Source: Azolla caroliniana (taxonomy: Eukaryota; Plantae; Polypodiophyta). Taken from it: a DNA stretch of 64,000 nt. The stretch covers positions 11,718,001-11,782,000 of the forward strand of contig JBHGNT010000004.1 in the NCBI GenBank assembly GCA_043228905.1, written 5' to 3'. This document shows, one piece after another, positions 1-13,365 of the stretch. The position numbers and the translations under genes were made by a program. Under the pieces are notes generated by a model. It was not told the origin of the DNA and made no database searches. It worked only from the letters and a program-made list of their open reading frames with translations. How positions within the stretch are numbered: position 1 is the first letter of the stretch; each line of letters starts with the position of its first letter.

Positions 1-330
1 ACTCGACAAGTTACAACACTCTCTCAGAGATGCTTGGTTCACATCATCTTGAGGTGCCTCACTTCAGGGGGAGAGCTGGAAGAGTTGATAAGGGGATCTC
101 GAACAAATGGAAGTGAATTGACTAGGGGAAGACTAGGGGAGTGGAAGAACTGTATCTGGAGCTAGCCGAAGGCAAGGGGAGAGCCGGGTGGACTAGTGAA
201 TCGAAGACAACTTATTCGAATAAAGGAGATGATTCAGATGAGCTGAATCAAATAGACGTCAAACAAACGGGAGGGCAGTCGAAGCCGATGCCAATGTTGG
301 TTCGGTTTGATCCTCGAAAATCTTCGATTC
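1..330 (+). mobile_element. 3' end (RNase H C-terminus + 3' UTR) of a degenerate Ty1/Copia element D, the outermost host of the left nest
   Basis: 1-75 resembles a Copia RNase H end (LDKL...cacttcagggggag); purine-rich 3' UTR; probably resumes at 16886 before a PPT and LTR. Confidence 0.45.
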
Positions 331-339
331 AGCTGAATT

Positions 340-1321
340 AATTTTCGGAAGGTTAGTCGACATGGCTTTGACTATTCGGGATCTTTGTGTTCCTTCTGCG
401 GCTCAATTATCATCATACTTCGACTCCTCTAGTCGGCATCAATCGACTGATCGGCTATTGTTCAACTTTAGTTGTTGTACTCCCCCTCAAGCTCAACTGG
501 TTGGTGATCGAGAGGCCAAGGTTCGTCACGAACTGCCCCAACTTGTCGATACCCAGGGATTTTGTGAAGATGTCGGCCACTTGAAGATTCTTGTTGATGT
601 GTTGTAAATCGACATATCCAGCCTCAACACACTCTCAAATGAAGTGATAGTGCACTTCGATATGCTTAGTTCGCGTGTGGAATACAGGGTTCCGAGCTAG
701 GTAGATATTACTCATGTTGTCACATTATAGGAGAATTGGATCCTTGATGGGAACGCCCAGATCCTTTAATAGGCGCTTTAACCAGACGACCTCGCATGCA
801 GCGACTACTGCACCCTTGTATTCAGCCTCCGTGCTTGACAATGCGATTGACGGATGATTTTTGCTGCTCTAGGAGATTGCGCCGCAGCCGAGGGAGAAGA
901 CGAATCCTAACATTGACCGTCTATTAGCCTTATAGCCAGCCCAGTCCGCATCTGTGTACCCTTCGAACCAAATTATTGTATCTGACTTGTACATGATGCC
1001 GAAATCCATTGTCCCACGAACATACCTAAGTAATATCTTAGCGCAATCGAGATGAACATTTCGAGGGTTCTTCATGAATTGGCTAAGTAGACCGACCAAA
1101 TAACTGAGATTGGATCGTGTGATGGTTAGGTAGATTAAGTTGTAATCAGTTGTTGATACTAAGTTGGCTCGCAACAGTCTTCCCGAATCGGCATCAAGTT
1201 TGAGGTTTCGATCGAGGGGGGTAGACATAGGTTTGCACTCAGTATCTCGAACTTGTAGACTAGGTTGAGAATGTAGTGTTGTTGAGAGATCAATATCCCG
1301 GCTTGTGTCTGAATTACTTTG
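340..1321 (-). mobile_element. Copia element C, RT/RNase H portion (pseudogenised)
   Basis: ORF 869..1228 has YLTITR..LSYLVGLLSQFM..P, GYTDADWAG; 560-710 reads LARNPVFHTRTKHIEVHYHF on the minus strand. Confidence 0.9.
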
Positions 1322-1864
1322 TGTTGGAAAATCGCTCCCTCCATACGAGATCCGGTTATGAATGAAGAGGACCCGGTGAGAACCGGATCAAAGGGACCCG
1401 GTGAGAACCGGAAGAGGAGACATATTTGTAAATATGTTTTGAGTAAGCCTATTGAGGTTATATTTGTAAATAGCCCTAAGTTCATATGAGTATAAATATG
1501 ACCTACGGAAATCACAGTTGAGAGAGTTTCCATATTGTTGTATGTGTATATTGTTGAAGAGAGAGTGAGATAGTAGCTACGAGCACTTTCTGTTGTAACC
1601 GTCGTCGGGCGAAGATCGCGAGCACGAGGTCATTGCCTCCGTGTTTCCACTTTGTATTTCCTCTCATATAGTGATAGTTCGGAGTCCGTGGGCTCCCATG
1701 GTTTTTCCCGATCAGGGTTTTCCACGTAAAGCTCCTATGTTTCTCTATCGTTGTTTTGTGTTCGTGCATCCATCATACCTATTTCCCATTTCTGTGTTTG
1801 GTCCTTCATAGAGTGATTGTGACTCGGTTGTGGCCGAGCAATACTTCCGCACTATTTCCTATCA
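1322..1864 (+). repeat. 5' LTR of Copia element A
   Basis: TGTTGG...CCTATCA; homologous to 11703-12263; followed by tRNA-Met PBS TGGTATCAGAGC at 1868-1879. Confidence 0.9.
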
Positions 1865-4689
1865 ATCTGGTATCAGAGCGAACAACACAGGAAATGGAAG
1901 ATTCATTCGGCGGCATGTTCAAGCTCACCGGCTCCAACTACTCAGTGTGTAAGTCGAAGATGAGGGACATGTTGGTGGTTAAAGATCTTTGGTTGCTGGT
2001 ACAGTTCGGGGACAAGAAACCGGATAAGATCGATGTCGCGACATGGGAGGTGATGCACATGAAGACGACGACGTACATCCGGTGCTTCATCGACATGAGC
2101 GAGCCTGTACAACAACTTCAATGAAGAAAGTAAGGGTCATGAACTCTAGGAGAAGATCGGCATCATGTTCCAGAACAAAAATGTCGTTAATCGGGTTTCG
2201 GTATTCCAGAAGTTAGTGAGGCTCCGGTACCAAGATGGCTCCAGTATGGCGAAGCACATGAATGCCTTCCAGGGGCTAATACACCAAGCCACCTTGTTGG
2301 AAGTACCTCTCGCGGATGAGGTACTCGCATTGCTCCTGCTCGGTTCCCTCCCGGATAGTTGGGAGACATTAGTTGTCACGTTGGGCAATGTCGCGCCGGA
2401 AGCAAAGTAGTTGTCCCTAGCAAGGGTAAAATCAAGCTTGCTAAATGAAGAAGCTTGCCGAAAGGACTGGGAGTCCGGAACCGATCCGAAGGCCTTGGTT
2501 ACGGAAGATGACCACAACTGGGGAAGAGGCCGATATCGAAGTCCCCAAAACCGAGACAAATCGGGGACGAGATCGAAGTCAAGGGGGAGGCCTACTTGCT
2601 TCTACTGTGGGAAGCCGAGGCACTTCCAGAAGAACTGTCGGCATTTCCGGAAAGAGAAAGAAACTAGCACTACCGAAGAAGAGTTTGGACTAAAACAGTT
2701 CGGACCAGAGAGGCCAGATTGGAAAGGAACGTCGACGATTGTGACAAGTGAAGAAGAACTTATGCTCATTACCAAGGAGAATGAGTTAAACCTTGTCGGC
2801 GACGAGACAACGTGGGTTGTCGATTCCGGAGTGTCCTTCCACCTGACACCTAACCGGAGGTGCTTCTCATCCTACAAAGCCGAAGATCATGGTTGTGTTC
2901 GGATGGGGAATGAAGGCACATGCCGAATTGTCGGCATAGGAGATGTGTTGTTGACGACATCAACCGCATGCAAATTGTTGTTGAAGGATGTCCGACATGT
3001 TCCGGAGGTTCGGTTGAACCTGATATTAGTCGGTCGGCTAGATGATGGATGAGGTTACACGGGTAGCATCCGGAACAGAGTTATGAAGTTCAGCAAGGGA
3101 AGGTTGATTGTGGCTCGAGCCCGGAAGATCAACACGTTGTACCTGATGCAAGCCCGGATATTCCGAGAAGAAGTGAATGTAGCATCTAACACTGCCGGTG
3201 AGTTGTGGCACAAGAGGTTGTGTCATATGAGCCAGAAGGGGATGAGAAGACTTGCCGAAGACAACCTCATTCCGGAGGTGAAAGACTTGCATCTTGAGAA
3301 GTCCACTGATTGCCTGGCCAGCAAGCAAAACTGAACCTCCTTCTGGTCTAGACCACCGATGAGATGGAATGCACCATTGCAGCTGATGCATACCGATGTG
3401 TGTCAAGTGGACACGAAGTCACATGCCGGATCACAGTACTTCATGACATTATAGGCGACCACATCCGGAAGTTGTGGGTCTCATCGTTGAAGACGAAGGA
3501 TCAAGTGTAATCCGTCTTCAAGGAGCTCCACGCGAGAGTGGAAAGAGAAACCAGCCGGAAGCTGAAGGCGGTTTGAGCAGATAACGGAGGAGAATACCGG
3601 GGGCAATTCGAGGAGTACTGCCAGTCAAAGGGAATCCGGCTTGAATTCACTGTGCCGAAGCCGCCGGAATTGAACGGGCTGGCCGAACGGATGAACCGAA
3701 CCATAATGGAGAGAGTCTGGAGCATGCTGGCACATGCAAAGCTACCTAAGACGTTTTGGGTTGAGGCGCTGATGACGGCGATGTATGTGATAAACAAATC
3801 ACCCTCAGCACCCTTGGATGGAGATACACCACAGAGAGTATGGACCAATAAAGACGGGTCTTACCGGCATCTGAAGGTTTTCGGGTGTCTCGCATATGTG
3901 CATGTTGCAAAGGACAAGAGAGCAAAGCTAGATCCGAAGTCCAAGCCATGCATATTCCTCGGATACGGTGATGATGAGTTCGGTTACTGGGTGTGGGATC
4001 TGGTCAACAAGAAGGTGTTCCAAAATCGGGACATAGTCTTCATGGAAGACATGACCATTGCCGACTGGGAGTCGGAGAAGAAGATGATGAACTCTAGATC
4101 ATCCTATGAAACCGGTTTGAGGACAGAAGGACCTACCCGGTTGAAAACCGGATGTTGGTCGGCAACCGGAGGACACTCGACAAACCCGCCGGATACGGAC
4201 AAGAAACCGAACCAATAGAAGAAGAAGACACTGGAACCAAACAAGATCCCGAATAGGATGAGGATGAGGAATAGACGAAGGAACCGGTTGCTGAAGACCA
4301 AAGACAGAGATACCCTCTCAGAGAGAGAAGAACCCCCCGGAGATTTTCGGATGCAGAGCATGTGTTTCCAACTGATGAGGGAGATCTAGAAAACTTCGAA
4401 GAAGAAAAGAAAGACACCCACACCCACAAGTGGTTGAGTGCCATGCAGGACGAGATGGATTCCCTGCATGAGAACCACACATACGAACTGACGAAGTTGC
4501 CGAAAGGAAAGAGGGCACTTCAGAATAAGTGGGTGTACAAGTTGAAACCGGGAGACACCGGAAATCCACTGAGGTACAAGGCCTGGATCATGGTGAACGG
4601 TTTCCAGTAGAAGAAAGGAGTGGATTTCGATGAGACCTTTGCCCTAGTAGTAAAGATGACATCTATCCTGACGGTATTGAGCATAGTGG

Positions 4690-7600
4690 TGTCGTGATGT
4701 TTTCCCTTAAAAGAGAATAAAATAGTAGTCCAAATAGTTTGTGCTTATTTGTTTGTGTGTCTTGTGACAAGGGAGCGTTTCGGGCTTGCCCATGCACCTC
4801 TCCTTTCACAAAGGCATTCAAACTTACATGTCTTGCGTGTTAGTGTAAATCTTGCTTGTGTGTTCGTGTGACTTGTGGCAAGGGAGCGTTCGGGCTTGCC
4901 CTGTGCGACTTGTGGAAACGTGTATGGATCTGTGTCGGTTCTTAACAACAAACAACGGAGACAAAAAATAGAATGGTGTGGACTTACACTGTGCAAGCTC
5001 TAATGGAAAGCTTTATTGCTTCGTTCTCTCTCTTTCTCTCATTGAGATACAATGCACAGAGACTTAGTCTCTCTGTTACTCGTCATTCTATACAATGTTA
5101 GGAATTCACTTACTAAGCCCTAACTTATTGATGAGTTCACACTCAGACGGATACAACTTGGAAGGAGTCGGCCTTTTATGCCAACAAACTCCCCCGTAAA
5201 AGGACTACTCTTTCTTGCATGTACAAGTGTTTGGGGTTATCTCCCCCATAAGCCTATATTACAAAGTTGATCTAAGTTTATATGTTACAAGTCGGTCGGC
5301 ATGCAGCCGAGTCGGCAGATGTATAGGATGTGTCGTTATTGTTCCGATCAGATCTTACCTTCTGCTCCTCGTTCGGCTTTCTTCTGCTCGGTCTCTTGTC
5401 GTAGCCCCATTTTCGTCCTTAGTGCTCCGAACTGTAGATCTTGGAGTGGCTTCGTTAGGCAATCGACGATGTTCACTTGGGTGTCAAACTTCCAGACTTC
5501 GAGTTTCTTTTTGTTTACGAGCTCTTGGATATGATGATACCGCGCGTCAATGTGCTTCGTCTTCGCATGATAGACGGGATTGTTGATGAGGTGTATTGCG
5601 CTCTATGAGTCGCAATAGATGGCTGACACTGGTCGGTCGTTTCGGTTTGTAGTTCCGAAGTCGGCAGTCAATCGATGCAGCCAGATCGCTTCCTTCGTTG
5701 CTTTCGATGTTGCTATGCACTCGACTTCTATGGTAGACAGAGCATGCACTCTTGAAGTTTCGACCTCCATGATATCGCCCCGCCACCATGGGTGAAGATG
5801 TAGTCTGATGTCGATTTCAATTATCTGCATTTCCGGCATAGTCAGAATCGGTGTAGCCTTTGACTTCGGCTGAGGTTGTCAGTCTGAAAGTCAGTTGTGC
5901 ATCTAGGGTTCCTTTTAGATACCTAAGGATGTGCTTGACGGCCTCCCAATGCTTCTTTCCTAGGTTTGACATGTACCAGCTGACCACCCCTACAGCATAG
6001 ACTAGGTCAAGTCGGATCGCCACCATTGCGTACATGATACTTCCTATTGCTGATGCGTAGGGTATTTTTCCATTAAGTTCTCTCTCCTTGTCGGTCGAAG
6101 GAGAGTCTATGTCTGATAGTCCAATCGACGTCAGAAGCGGTGTCGATGTTGGCTTCACATTCTCCATGTTGAAGCGCTTTAGCACCTTGCGGATGTATTC
6201 AGACTGGAAGAGTCAAAGAGTTTTTGGTCGTCCGATTTCGCTCTATCCTCATGCCCAGTATGTGTTGGGCTTGTCCAAGTTCCTTCATCGCGAACTTTGC
6301 GTGAAGGCTCCGCTTCAGCTTACCGATCTCTGCTTGATTGCTTCCTGCAATCAACATGTCATCGACGTATAGGATTAGATAGATCCTTGACTCGTCGGCC
6401 AGTTGCCGAACATACATGCATGGGTCGGAGTCTTATCCATTCTGCCGTATGTGGGAGTCAAACTTCTGGTACCACATTCTCGGCGCTTGTTTTAGGCCAT
6501 ATAGACTTTTCTTTAGTTGACATGCAAGGTGATTGTCCTCCCCTGTCGCCGTGAAGCTTGCCAGTTTAGACATGTATATGTCTTCTTTCATATCTCCATG
6601 TAGGAATGTCGTCTTTATGTCCATCTGCTCGAGCTCTAGATCTTCTGTTGCCACAACTCCTAGTAGGAGTCGGAGGGTGGTCATCTTGACTACTAGTTAG
6701 AATATCTCGTCGTAGTCGACCCCGTATTCCTGTTTGAATTCTTTCGCGACAAGTCGAGCTTTGTACTTGGGTTTCTATGAGTCAGATACATACTTGTATC
6801 CGAAAACCCATTTGCAAGGTAGCGGCTTCCTTCCAGCTAATAGTTCGACTGGCGCCCATGTCTGATTCTGTTGAATCTAGTCCATTTCGGATTTCATGGC
6901 TTGTAGCTATGTTTCGGCGTCCAGTGCGGCCATAGCTTCTTCATATGTGCTTGGTTCGCCTGCATCCGTGTAGTTGACATAGTCGAGGCCCGGTTGATAA
7001 AACTTCGTTGGCCTTCGAGCTCATCCAAATCTCCTAGGTGTCGTAATATCTAGTTCACATCCTTCGATCGGTTCCAATTGACGATCGGTATTTGTTGAAC
7101 CAGTTGTGGCAGGAGTCTTGTTAGGTGTCCCGCCCCCGGTTTGGGATTTCGGCAGTGTCTAGTTGTCCTCCCCTGTGGTTGTCATCGACTCTTTTCTGAC
7201 TTGTCTCTTGGTGACTTTGCCTTTATCGATCCTGGTTGATTCGGTTGTGTCTTTGATGACTTTGTCTTTGAGTTCGACGATAGGACTTGTTCCTGATTCG
7301 GTGTCGGCAGGGAAGTTGGTAGCTTGTTGGAGTTCGACGGTTTGTCGAGTTTCCGATTCAGCCCGGTGGGTCGGTCCTTCTACGACAGTTTTGTCATCTT
7401 CGAAGGATACCTTCTTACCAACTATTTTCTGTTGGTTCCGCTGAGAGAAGATAGAGTCTTCATTGAAGACTACGTCGTTGCCCCGGATCAATTCCCTGTT
7501 CTCAAGGTCCCATAGCCGATAGCCGAAGTCCCCATCAGTTCCATAACCGAGAAATATGCACTTTGTTGCATGGGATGCCAACTTCATCCTTTTGTCCCTT

Positions 7601-10427
7601 GGGATGAATGTGTAGGCTTCGCATCCGAATATATGGAGCCTATCGTAGGTCGGTTGTTTGCCTGACCATAGTGCCTATGGCACTTCGAGCTTGATTGCTC
7701 TTGACGACGCCAGATTTATCATGTACACTGTCGTCTGCAATGCCTCAACCTAGAATTCCAACTTCAGTCCCGCTTGCTAGAGCATTGCCGTCACCCTCTC
7801 CTGGATCATCCTATTGATCCATTCTGCCACTCCATTTTGCATGGGTGTGTAGGGAGCGGTCTTTTGGTGTGATCCCTTTTCCGGACATGTACTGTTTGAA
7901 GGCTCTAGAGGTGTACTCACCTCCGTTGTCGCATCGGAGTGTCTTCACTTTGTATCCCAACTGGTTCTCCACTTTAGATATCCATTGAGTGAAGACCTCA
8001 AGCACTTCATCTTTGGACTTGATGGAGTATGCCCAAACTTTCCGTGTACAATCATCTACGAATGTGATGAAGTACCGGGAGCCTCCTAGTGATCGCTCTA
8101 GCATGGGCCCACATACGTCTGTGTGCACGAGCTCTAGGGGATGTCGTACCGTCTCGTAGTGGAGAGAGTGCAGACTTTGGGTCTGATCCCATATCGACAA
8201 TGCTCGCAGAAGTCCGTCTTTGCCTGGAGTTTCGGGATGTAACCGACCGACATCAGCTGATCAAGTCCGACTTGAGACATGTGGCCAAGTTGGCCATGCC
8301 ATAGGTTAGGGTTGGTTTTCTCGGCTACGTTCACGGCCCCTTTAGGGTTGATCGCCATCAATGGGTATAGATTATTATACTTGTGCCCACTACCGATTTT
8401 GAGGTTTCCTTAGCTGATCACCCATGTCGACTCGTGTAGAGTCGTTCGATACCTATCTTCGGTTAACATGCTGATGGAGACCAGACTCCTTTAGATTGGG
8501 TACGTGCCGAACTCGGTGCAGGGTTATTGTGTTGCCATTTGGCAATCTAATGGAAACCTCCCCGGTTCCGGCTATCTTGCACTCCTGCTCGTTTCCCAGT
8601 CGGGCTATGCCGCTGGCGTCGGCTGAATAGTTCGAGAACCATTCAATGTTGGGGGTCACGTGAAATGTGGCGCCAGAGTCTAGTAGCCACGTGTGTGCAA
8701 TTGTGCACTATAGAGGACTTCTCCGATCATTGAGTCCTCTAAGGAGAGGATTTCTTTGGATCGAGTGTTGGCAACGTTGATCTGGTTGCCGACTGGAGAG
8801 TGGTCCAAGTCAGAACGTCCCTGATTCTGCTCGGATCGCCAACCACTCTGTTTTCTTTTTAATGACCAACAGTTGGAAACATTGTGGCCAGCTTTCCTGC
8901 AGTGTGTGCAATACTCGCTTGATCGGCCCGTTTTCAACTTCGACCGTTGTCGATCGCCCCTTGTTTTCGACCTGTTCTGTCGGCTTGTTCTTTCATTCGA
9001 CTCTGTTGGTCGAGTGATGGGCTTCTGTCGACTCATTGATGGTTAGTCCCATCGATTTTTTCCTGATGTCCTCTGTGACGACTTGGCTGATTGTTTCGTC
9101 CAAGTTTAGGATCAATCGACTATTGGCGAATGTCGGGCAGAATATGTCCCAACTTGCCGGCAAGATCAATAGGAGGGCAAGGGCTTTCACTTCTTCTTCG
9201 AAGTTGATCCCTTGTCTCGAGAGCTCAGACAACACCCGGCTGAAGGTGTTGATGTGGGAGGTCCCCGGATCAGGCTCTTTCATCTTCATATTGAACAAAT
9301 GTTTAATCAAAATTAATTTCGAAGATGAGGACTTCTTTTCATAAACGGCATGTAGCTTCTCCCACAATGAGAACGATGTCGTCTCTTTCTCCATGTTGAA
9401 ATAGACGTTTTCGGCCAGATGCATTCGGATGGTGGAGCGTGTGATTTTGTCCGTTGATCTCCACTCCTTGGTTGTCATTGAAGCAGGTTTTTCACTATGT
9501 CGAATGGCTTCAACCTGTCTTCGAATGATCAGCACATCCTGCATCATCTCCTTCCACAAGGCAAAGTTTTTGTCGTCGAATTTTTTGATTTCAACTTTTG
9601 TTCCGGATGTTGAAGCCATATTCTATTTGTGAACTTGAGATTTCTGACCTGGTCTTTTCTTTCAGCTTCTTTTGTTGTCTGTTGCCACCGAACAACAAAG
9701 ATTTGGCTCTGATACCAGTTGTTGGTAACGTGTGCGACTTGCGGAAACGTGTATGGATCTGTGTCGGTTCTGAACAGCAAACAACACAGACAGAAAATAG
9801 AATGGCATGGACTTACACTGTGCAAGCTCTAATGGAAAGCTTTATTGCTTCGTTCTCTCTCTCTCTCTCTCTCTCATTGAGATACAATGCACAGAGACTT
9901 AGTCTCTTTGTCACTAGTCATTCTATACAATGTTAGGAATTCGCTTATATACTAAGCCCTAACTTATTGACAAGTTCACACTCGGACGGATACAACTTGG
10001 AAGGAGTCAGTCTTTTATGCCAACATGCCCATGCACCTCTCCTTTCACAAAGGCGTTCAAAATTGTGTCTCCCGTGTATAAACCTTGCTTGTGTGTTCGC
10101 GTGTTTTGTAACAAGGGAGCGTTCGGGCTTGCCCATGCACCTCTCTTTTCACAAAGGCATTCGAAACTCTGTCTCTTGTGTGTGTAAGTAAGCCTTTTCC
10201 TTGTGTGTCCGTGTGTAAACCTTCCTCACGTGCATTCGTTCGCCTTGTGACTAGGGGTTGATTCGAGCTTGCCCATGCACCTCTCCTTTTCACAAACACG
10301 TTCGAATACTCGTGCCTTGTTTGTGTAAGCCTTCCTTGTGTTGTGTGTGTAAGCCCTATTTCCTTCCCGTCCATAACCCCGGCGGTTCCGCCTCATGATC
10401 CGCACATAGTGACGGATTTTCATGACA
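4690..10427 (-). mobile_element. Solo LTR-like element of the TGTCGTGA family (4690-4901 + 10026-10427), inserted in Copia A RT and itself split by Copia B
   Basis: Termini TGTCGTGA...TCATGACA; Copia A RT is continuous across it (VLSIV|ASMDLEVEQ); right 50 bp is the reverse complement of 55361-55411; internal ~100-bp repeats (agggagcgttcgggcttgcccatgcacctctcc). Confidence 0.75.
4902..10025 (-). mobile_element. Copia element B, full length and degenerate; LTRs 9720-10025 (5') and 4902-5186 (3'); TSD TGCCC
   Basis: PBS rc GCTCTGATACCA 9706-9717; PPT rc CTCCCCCG at ~5189-5196; gag 8993..9619, CTHCRKAGHNVSNC, IN LELVHTDVCGP, RT LILYVDDMLI; TGCCC at 4897-4901 and 10026-10030. Confidence 0.93.
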
Positions 10428-11702
10428 ACGGCAAGCATGGACCTCGAGGTAGAGCAACTAGGCATCAAGACGGCATTCCTACATGGCAACCTCGAAGAAG
10501 AGATCTACATGCATCAACCAGAAGGATTTCAGAAGAAAGGGAAGGAGCACCTGGTGTGCCGGCTGAAGAAGAGCTTATACAGATTGAAGCAAGCTACCCG
10601 GCAATGGTACTGGAAGTTCAACTCCTTCATGACCGACAAGGGTACCACAAGACACAGGCCGATCACTGCGTGTTTGTGAAGAAATTTGACGAAGGAGATT
10701 TCCTGATACTCCTATATGTGGATGATATGTTGATCGTCGGACGAGACCAAGGCAAGATTCGGATGCTGAAGAAGGCTCTGAACCGGACCTTCTCAATGAA
10801 AGACTTGGGTCCGGGAAGACAGGTATTGGGAATACACATAATTCGGGACCGGTTGAAGAAACAGTCGTGGTTGTCACACGAGAAGTACATGACAAAGGTG
10901 CTTCAACGGTTCAACATGTCGGACGCAAAACAGGTCGGATCGACACTTCCGGCAAATAGCAAGCTATCCAGAAAACAAAGCCCGAGGACAAAGGTAGAGA
11001 AGTTGGATATGACGAAGATAACAAATGCCTCTGTCGTTGGAAGCTTAATGTACGCAATGGTGTTCACCCGGCCGGATATTGCGTATGTTGTTGGAGTAGT
11101 CAGCCGGTTCATGAGCAATCCCGAAAAAGAGCATTAGAACACGGTCAAGTGGATACTCCAATTTTTGAAAGGCACCTCGAGTATGTGCCTCCGGTTCGGC
11201 TCCGGTAAACCCCAACTTGACGGATTCATGGATTCGGATATGTCGGCTAATGCGGATACTAGACGGTCTACATCCGGATATGTCATGACTTATGCAGGGG
11301 GAGTAGTTTCATGGCAGTCAAGGCTACAGAAGACGGTTGCGTTGTCCATGACGGAGGTGGAGTACATGGCAGTTGTGGAAGCCGGCAAGGAGATAATCTA
11401 GATGAAGAACTGCATCGGAGAGCTAGGGATCCAACATGAGGAATACCGGCTCTACTACAACAGTCAAAGTGTCATCCACCTTGCGAGGAACGCAACCTAC
11501 CAATCCCAGATGAAACGTATCCAGCGGAGGTACGACTGGATCTGGGAGAGAGTAGAAGATCAAGAGTTTGTGCTGACAACGTTCCACACAAAGGAGAACG
11601 AGTCGGATATGTTGACCAAGGTGTTGACAACCGACAAGCTGGACGTGTGCCGAAAGTGGATCGGGTTGACGAGACATCCCATGCCGGAGTGAAGGGGGAG
11701 AT

Positions 11703-12263
11703 TGTTGGGAAATCGGTCCCTCCGGATGGGATCCGATTATGAATGAAGAGGACCCGGTGAGAATCGGAAGAGATCCGGAAACCGGATCGGACGAACCTGG
11801 TGAGAACCGGAAAAGGAGACATATTTGTAAATATGTTTTGAGTAAGCCTATTGAGGCTATATTTGTAAATAGCCCTAAGTTCATATGAGTATAAATATGA
11901 CCTAGGGAAATCACAGTTGAGAGAGTTGCCATATTGTTGTATGTGTATATTGTTGTAGAGAGAGTGAGACAGTAGCTACGAGCACTTTCTGTTGTAACCG
12001 TCGGCCGGCGAAGATCACGAGCACGAGGTCATTGCCTCTATGTTTCCACTTTGTATTTCCTCTCATATAGTGATTGTTCGGAGTCCGTGAGCTCCCGTGG
12101 TTTTTCCCGATTAGGGTTTTCCACGTAAACATCATGTGCTTCTCTATCGTTATTTTGTGTACATGCATCCATCATACCTATTTCCCATTTCTGTGTTTGG
12201 TCCTTCATAGAGTGATTGTGACTCGGTTGTGGCCGAGCAATACTTCCACACTATTTCCTATCA
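11703..12263 (+). repeat. Central LTR of Copia A (3' LTR of A, also 5' LTR of the tandem copy A')
   Basis: Preceded by a PPT and followed by PBS TGGTATTAGAGC at 12267-12278. Confidence 0.9.
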
Positions 12264-13365
12264 ATTTGGTATTAGAGCAAACAACACAGGAAATGGAAGA
12301 GTTGTTCGGCGACATGTTCAAGCTCAACGGCTCCAACTACTCAGTGTGTAAGTCGAAGATGAGGGACATGTTGGTGGTTAAAGATCTTTGGTTGCTGGTA
12401 CAGTTCGGGGACAAGAAACCGGATAAGATCGATGTCGCGACATGGGAGGTGATGCACATGAAGACGACGACGTACATCCGGTGCTTCATCGACATGAGCG
12501 AGCCTGTACAACAACTTCAATGAAGAAAGTAAGGGTCATGAACTCTAGGAGAAGATCGGCATCATGTTCCAGAACAAAAATGTCGTTAATCGGGTTTCAG
12601 TATTCCAGAAGTTAGTGAGGCTCCGGTACCAAGATGGCTCCAGTATGGCGAAGCACATGAATGCCTTCCAGGGGCTAATACACCAAGCCACCTCGTTGGA
12701 AGTACCTCTCGCGGATGAGGTACTTGCATTGCTCTTGCTCGGTTCCCTCACGGATAGTTGGGAGACATTAGTTGTCACGTTGGGCAACGTCGCGCCGGAA
12801 GCAAAGTAGTTGTCCCTAGCAAGGGTAAAATCAAGCTTGCTAAATGAAGAAGCTTGCCGAAAGGACTGGGAGTCCAAAACTGATCTGAAGGCCTTGGTTA
12901 CGGAAGATGACCACAATTGGGGAAGAGGCTAATATCGAAGTCCCCAAAATCGAGACAAATTGGGGACGAGATCAAAGTCAAGGGGGAGGCCTACTTGCTT
13001 CTACTGTGGGAAGCCGAGGCACTTCCAGAAGAACTGTCAACATTTCCAGAAAGAGAAAGAAACCGACACTACCGAAGAAGAGTTTGGACTGAAACGGTTC
13101 GGACCAGAGAGGCCCAGATTGGAAAGGAACGTCGACGATTGTGACAAGTGAAGAAGAACTTATGCTCATTACCAAGGAGAATGAGTTAAACCTTGTCGGC
13201 GACGAGACAACGTGGGTTGTCGATTCCGGAGCGTCGTTCCACCTGACACCGGACCGGAGGTGCTTCTCATCCTACACAACCGGAGATCACGGTTGTGTCC
13301 GGATGGGGAATGAAGGCACATGCCGAATTTTCGGCATAGGAGATGTGTTGTTGATGACATCAACC
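12264..13365 (+). mobile_element. Truncated tandem copy A' of Copia A (PBS, gag, protease)
   Basis: Near-identical to 1865-2965; ends abruptly in the protease region where Copia C resumes. Confidence 0.9.

Larger units (their letters stand above)
1322..12263 (+). mobile_element. Copia element A (gag-PR-IN-RT-RH, degenerate), interrupted at 4690-10427
   Basis: gag zinc knuckle CFYCGKPRHFQKNC, protease WVVDSG, WHKRLCHMS, IN PELNGLAERMNRTI, RT LLYVDDML, RNase H; PPT GAAGGGGGAG at 11691-11700; two LTRs. Confidence 0.92.
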
